64,000 nt of DNA from assembly GCA_965215195.1 (NCBI GenBank), contig CBDCDC010000002.1:4177693-4241692 (forward strand). The letters run 5' to 3'. This DNA comes from Candidatus Latescibacterota bacterium (lineage in GTDB: Bacteria; Latescibacterota; UBA2968; UBA8231). The notes below the pieces were generated by a model. It had not been told where the DNA came from. It did not search any database and worked only from the letters and a program-made list of their open reading frames with translations. The position numbers were made by a program, and so were the translations under genes. Numbering within the stretch: position 1 is the first letter of the stretch; every line of letters begins with the position of its first letter. Shown piece by piece: positions 63,124-64,000 of the stretch.

Positions 63124-64000
<877 letters not shown>

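Overview
High-GC bacterial chromosomal window; GC was judged by eye, not computed. About 60 genes are packed into long co-directional arrays. An FCB-superphylum-type organism is likely: there is a T9SS C-terminal sorting domain, a PorV-like barrel and a CarboxypepD_reg TonB-dependent receptor. Two features fit that less well: strong Shine-Dalgarno sites and a large Bacillus-type SRP RNA.

Layout:
- (i) nadE (partial) and a PhyH-HEAT fusion gene.
- (ii) A visibly AT-richer accessory islet of about 4.2 kb (3335-7540). It holds a truncated PIN-like remnant, a DUF433 gene, two unknown genes and an M48/PDZ peptidase. The peptidase is bracketed by a duplicated copy of the 3' end of the adjacent TetR gene.
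- (iii) A minus-strand array: TetR, a ComEA-like HhH protein, a membrane protein, DUF1854, an ABC exporter, two tandem RND pumps and their adaptor. An operator-like palindrome lies upstream of the adaptor.
- (iv) A Fic gene with an extremely AT-rich double palindrome upstream, flanked by gene remnants.
- (v) A DUF151 nuclease, two Gfo/Idh/MocA oxidoreductases, a CRTAC1-like protein and a TPR protein.
- (vi) A 20-kb, 17-gene plus-strand array (28105-48040). A peptide-type ABC binding protein and its two permeases are separated by about 15.7 kb. That interval holds an eight-gene module of unknown function (GlmL-like ASKHA ATPase, barrel-hybrid/KOW protein, two small proteins and four further membrane proteins). 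A TonB receptor, a T9SS cargo protein, a PorV-like barrel and a TPR lipoprotein follow.
- (vii) Housekeeping genes: lysA-like, carbamoyltransferase, tadA, three tRNAs, SRP RNA, dnaX, recR, pgsA, pgpA, recA, recX, alaS, a GGGP-synthase homologue, ptsH, ptsI and metK (partial).

The best candidates for something undescribed are the eight-gene GlmL-like membrane module (29953-37028) and the two-gene cassette in the AT-rich islet (4173-6037). No CRISPR array, rRNA, integrase or transposase was recognised.
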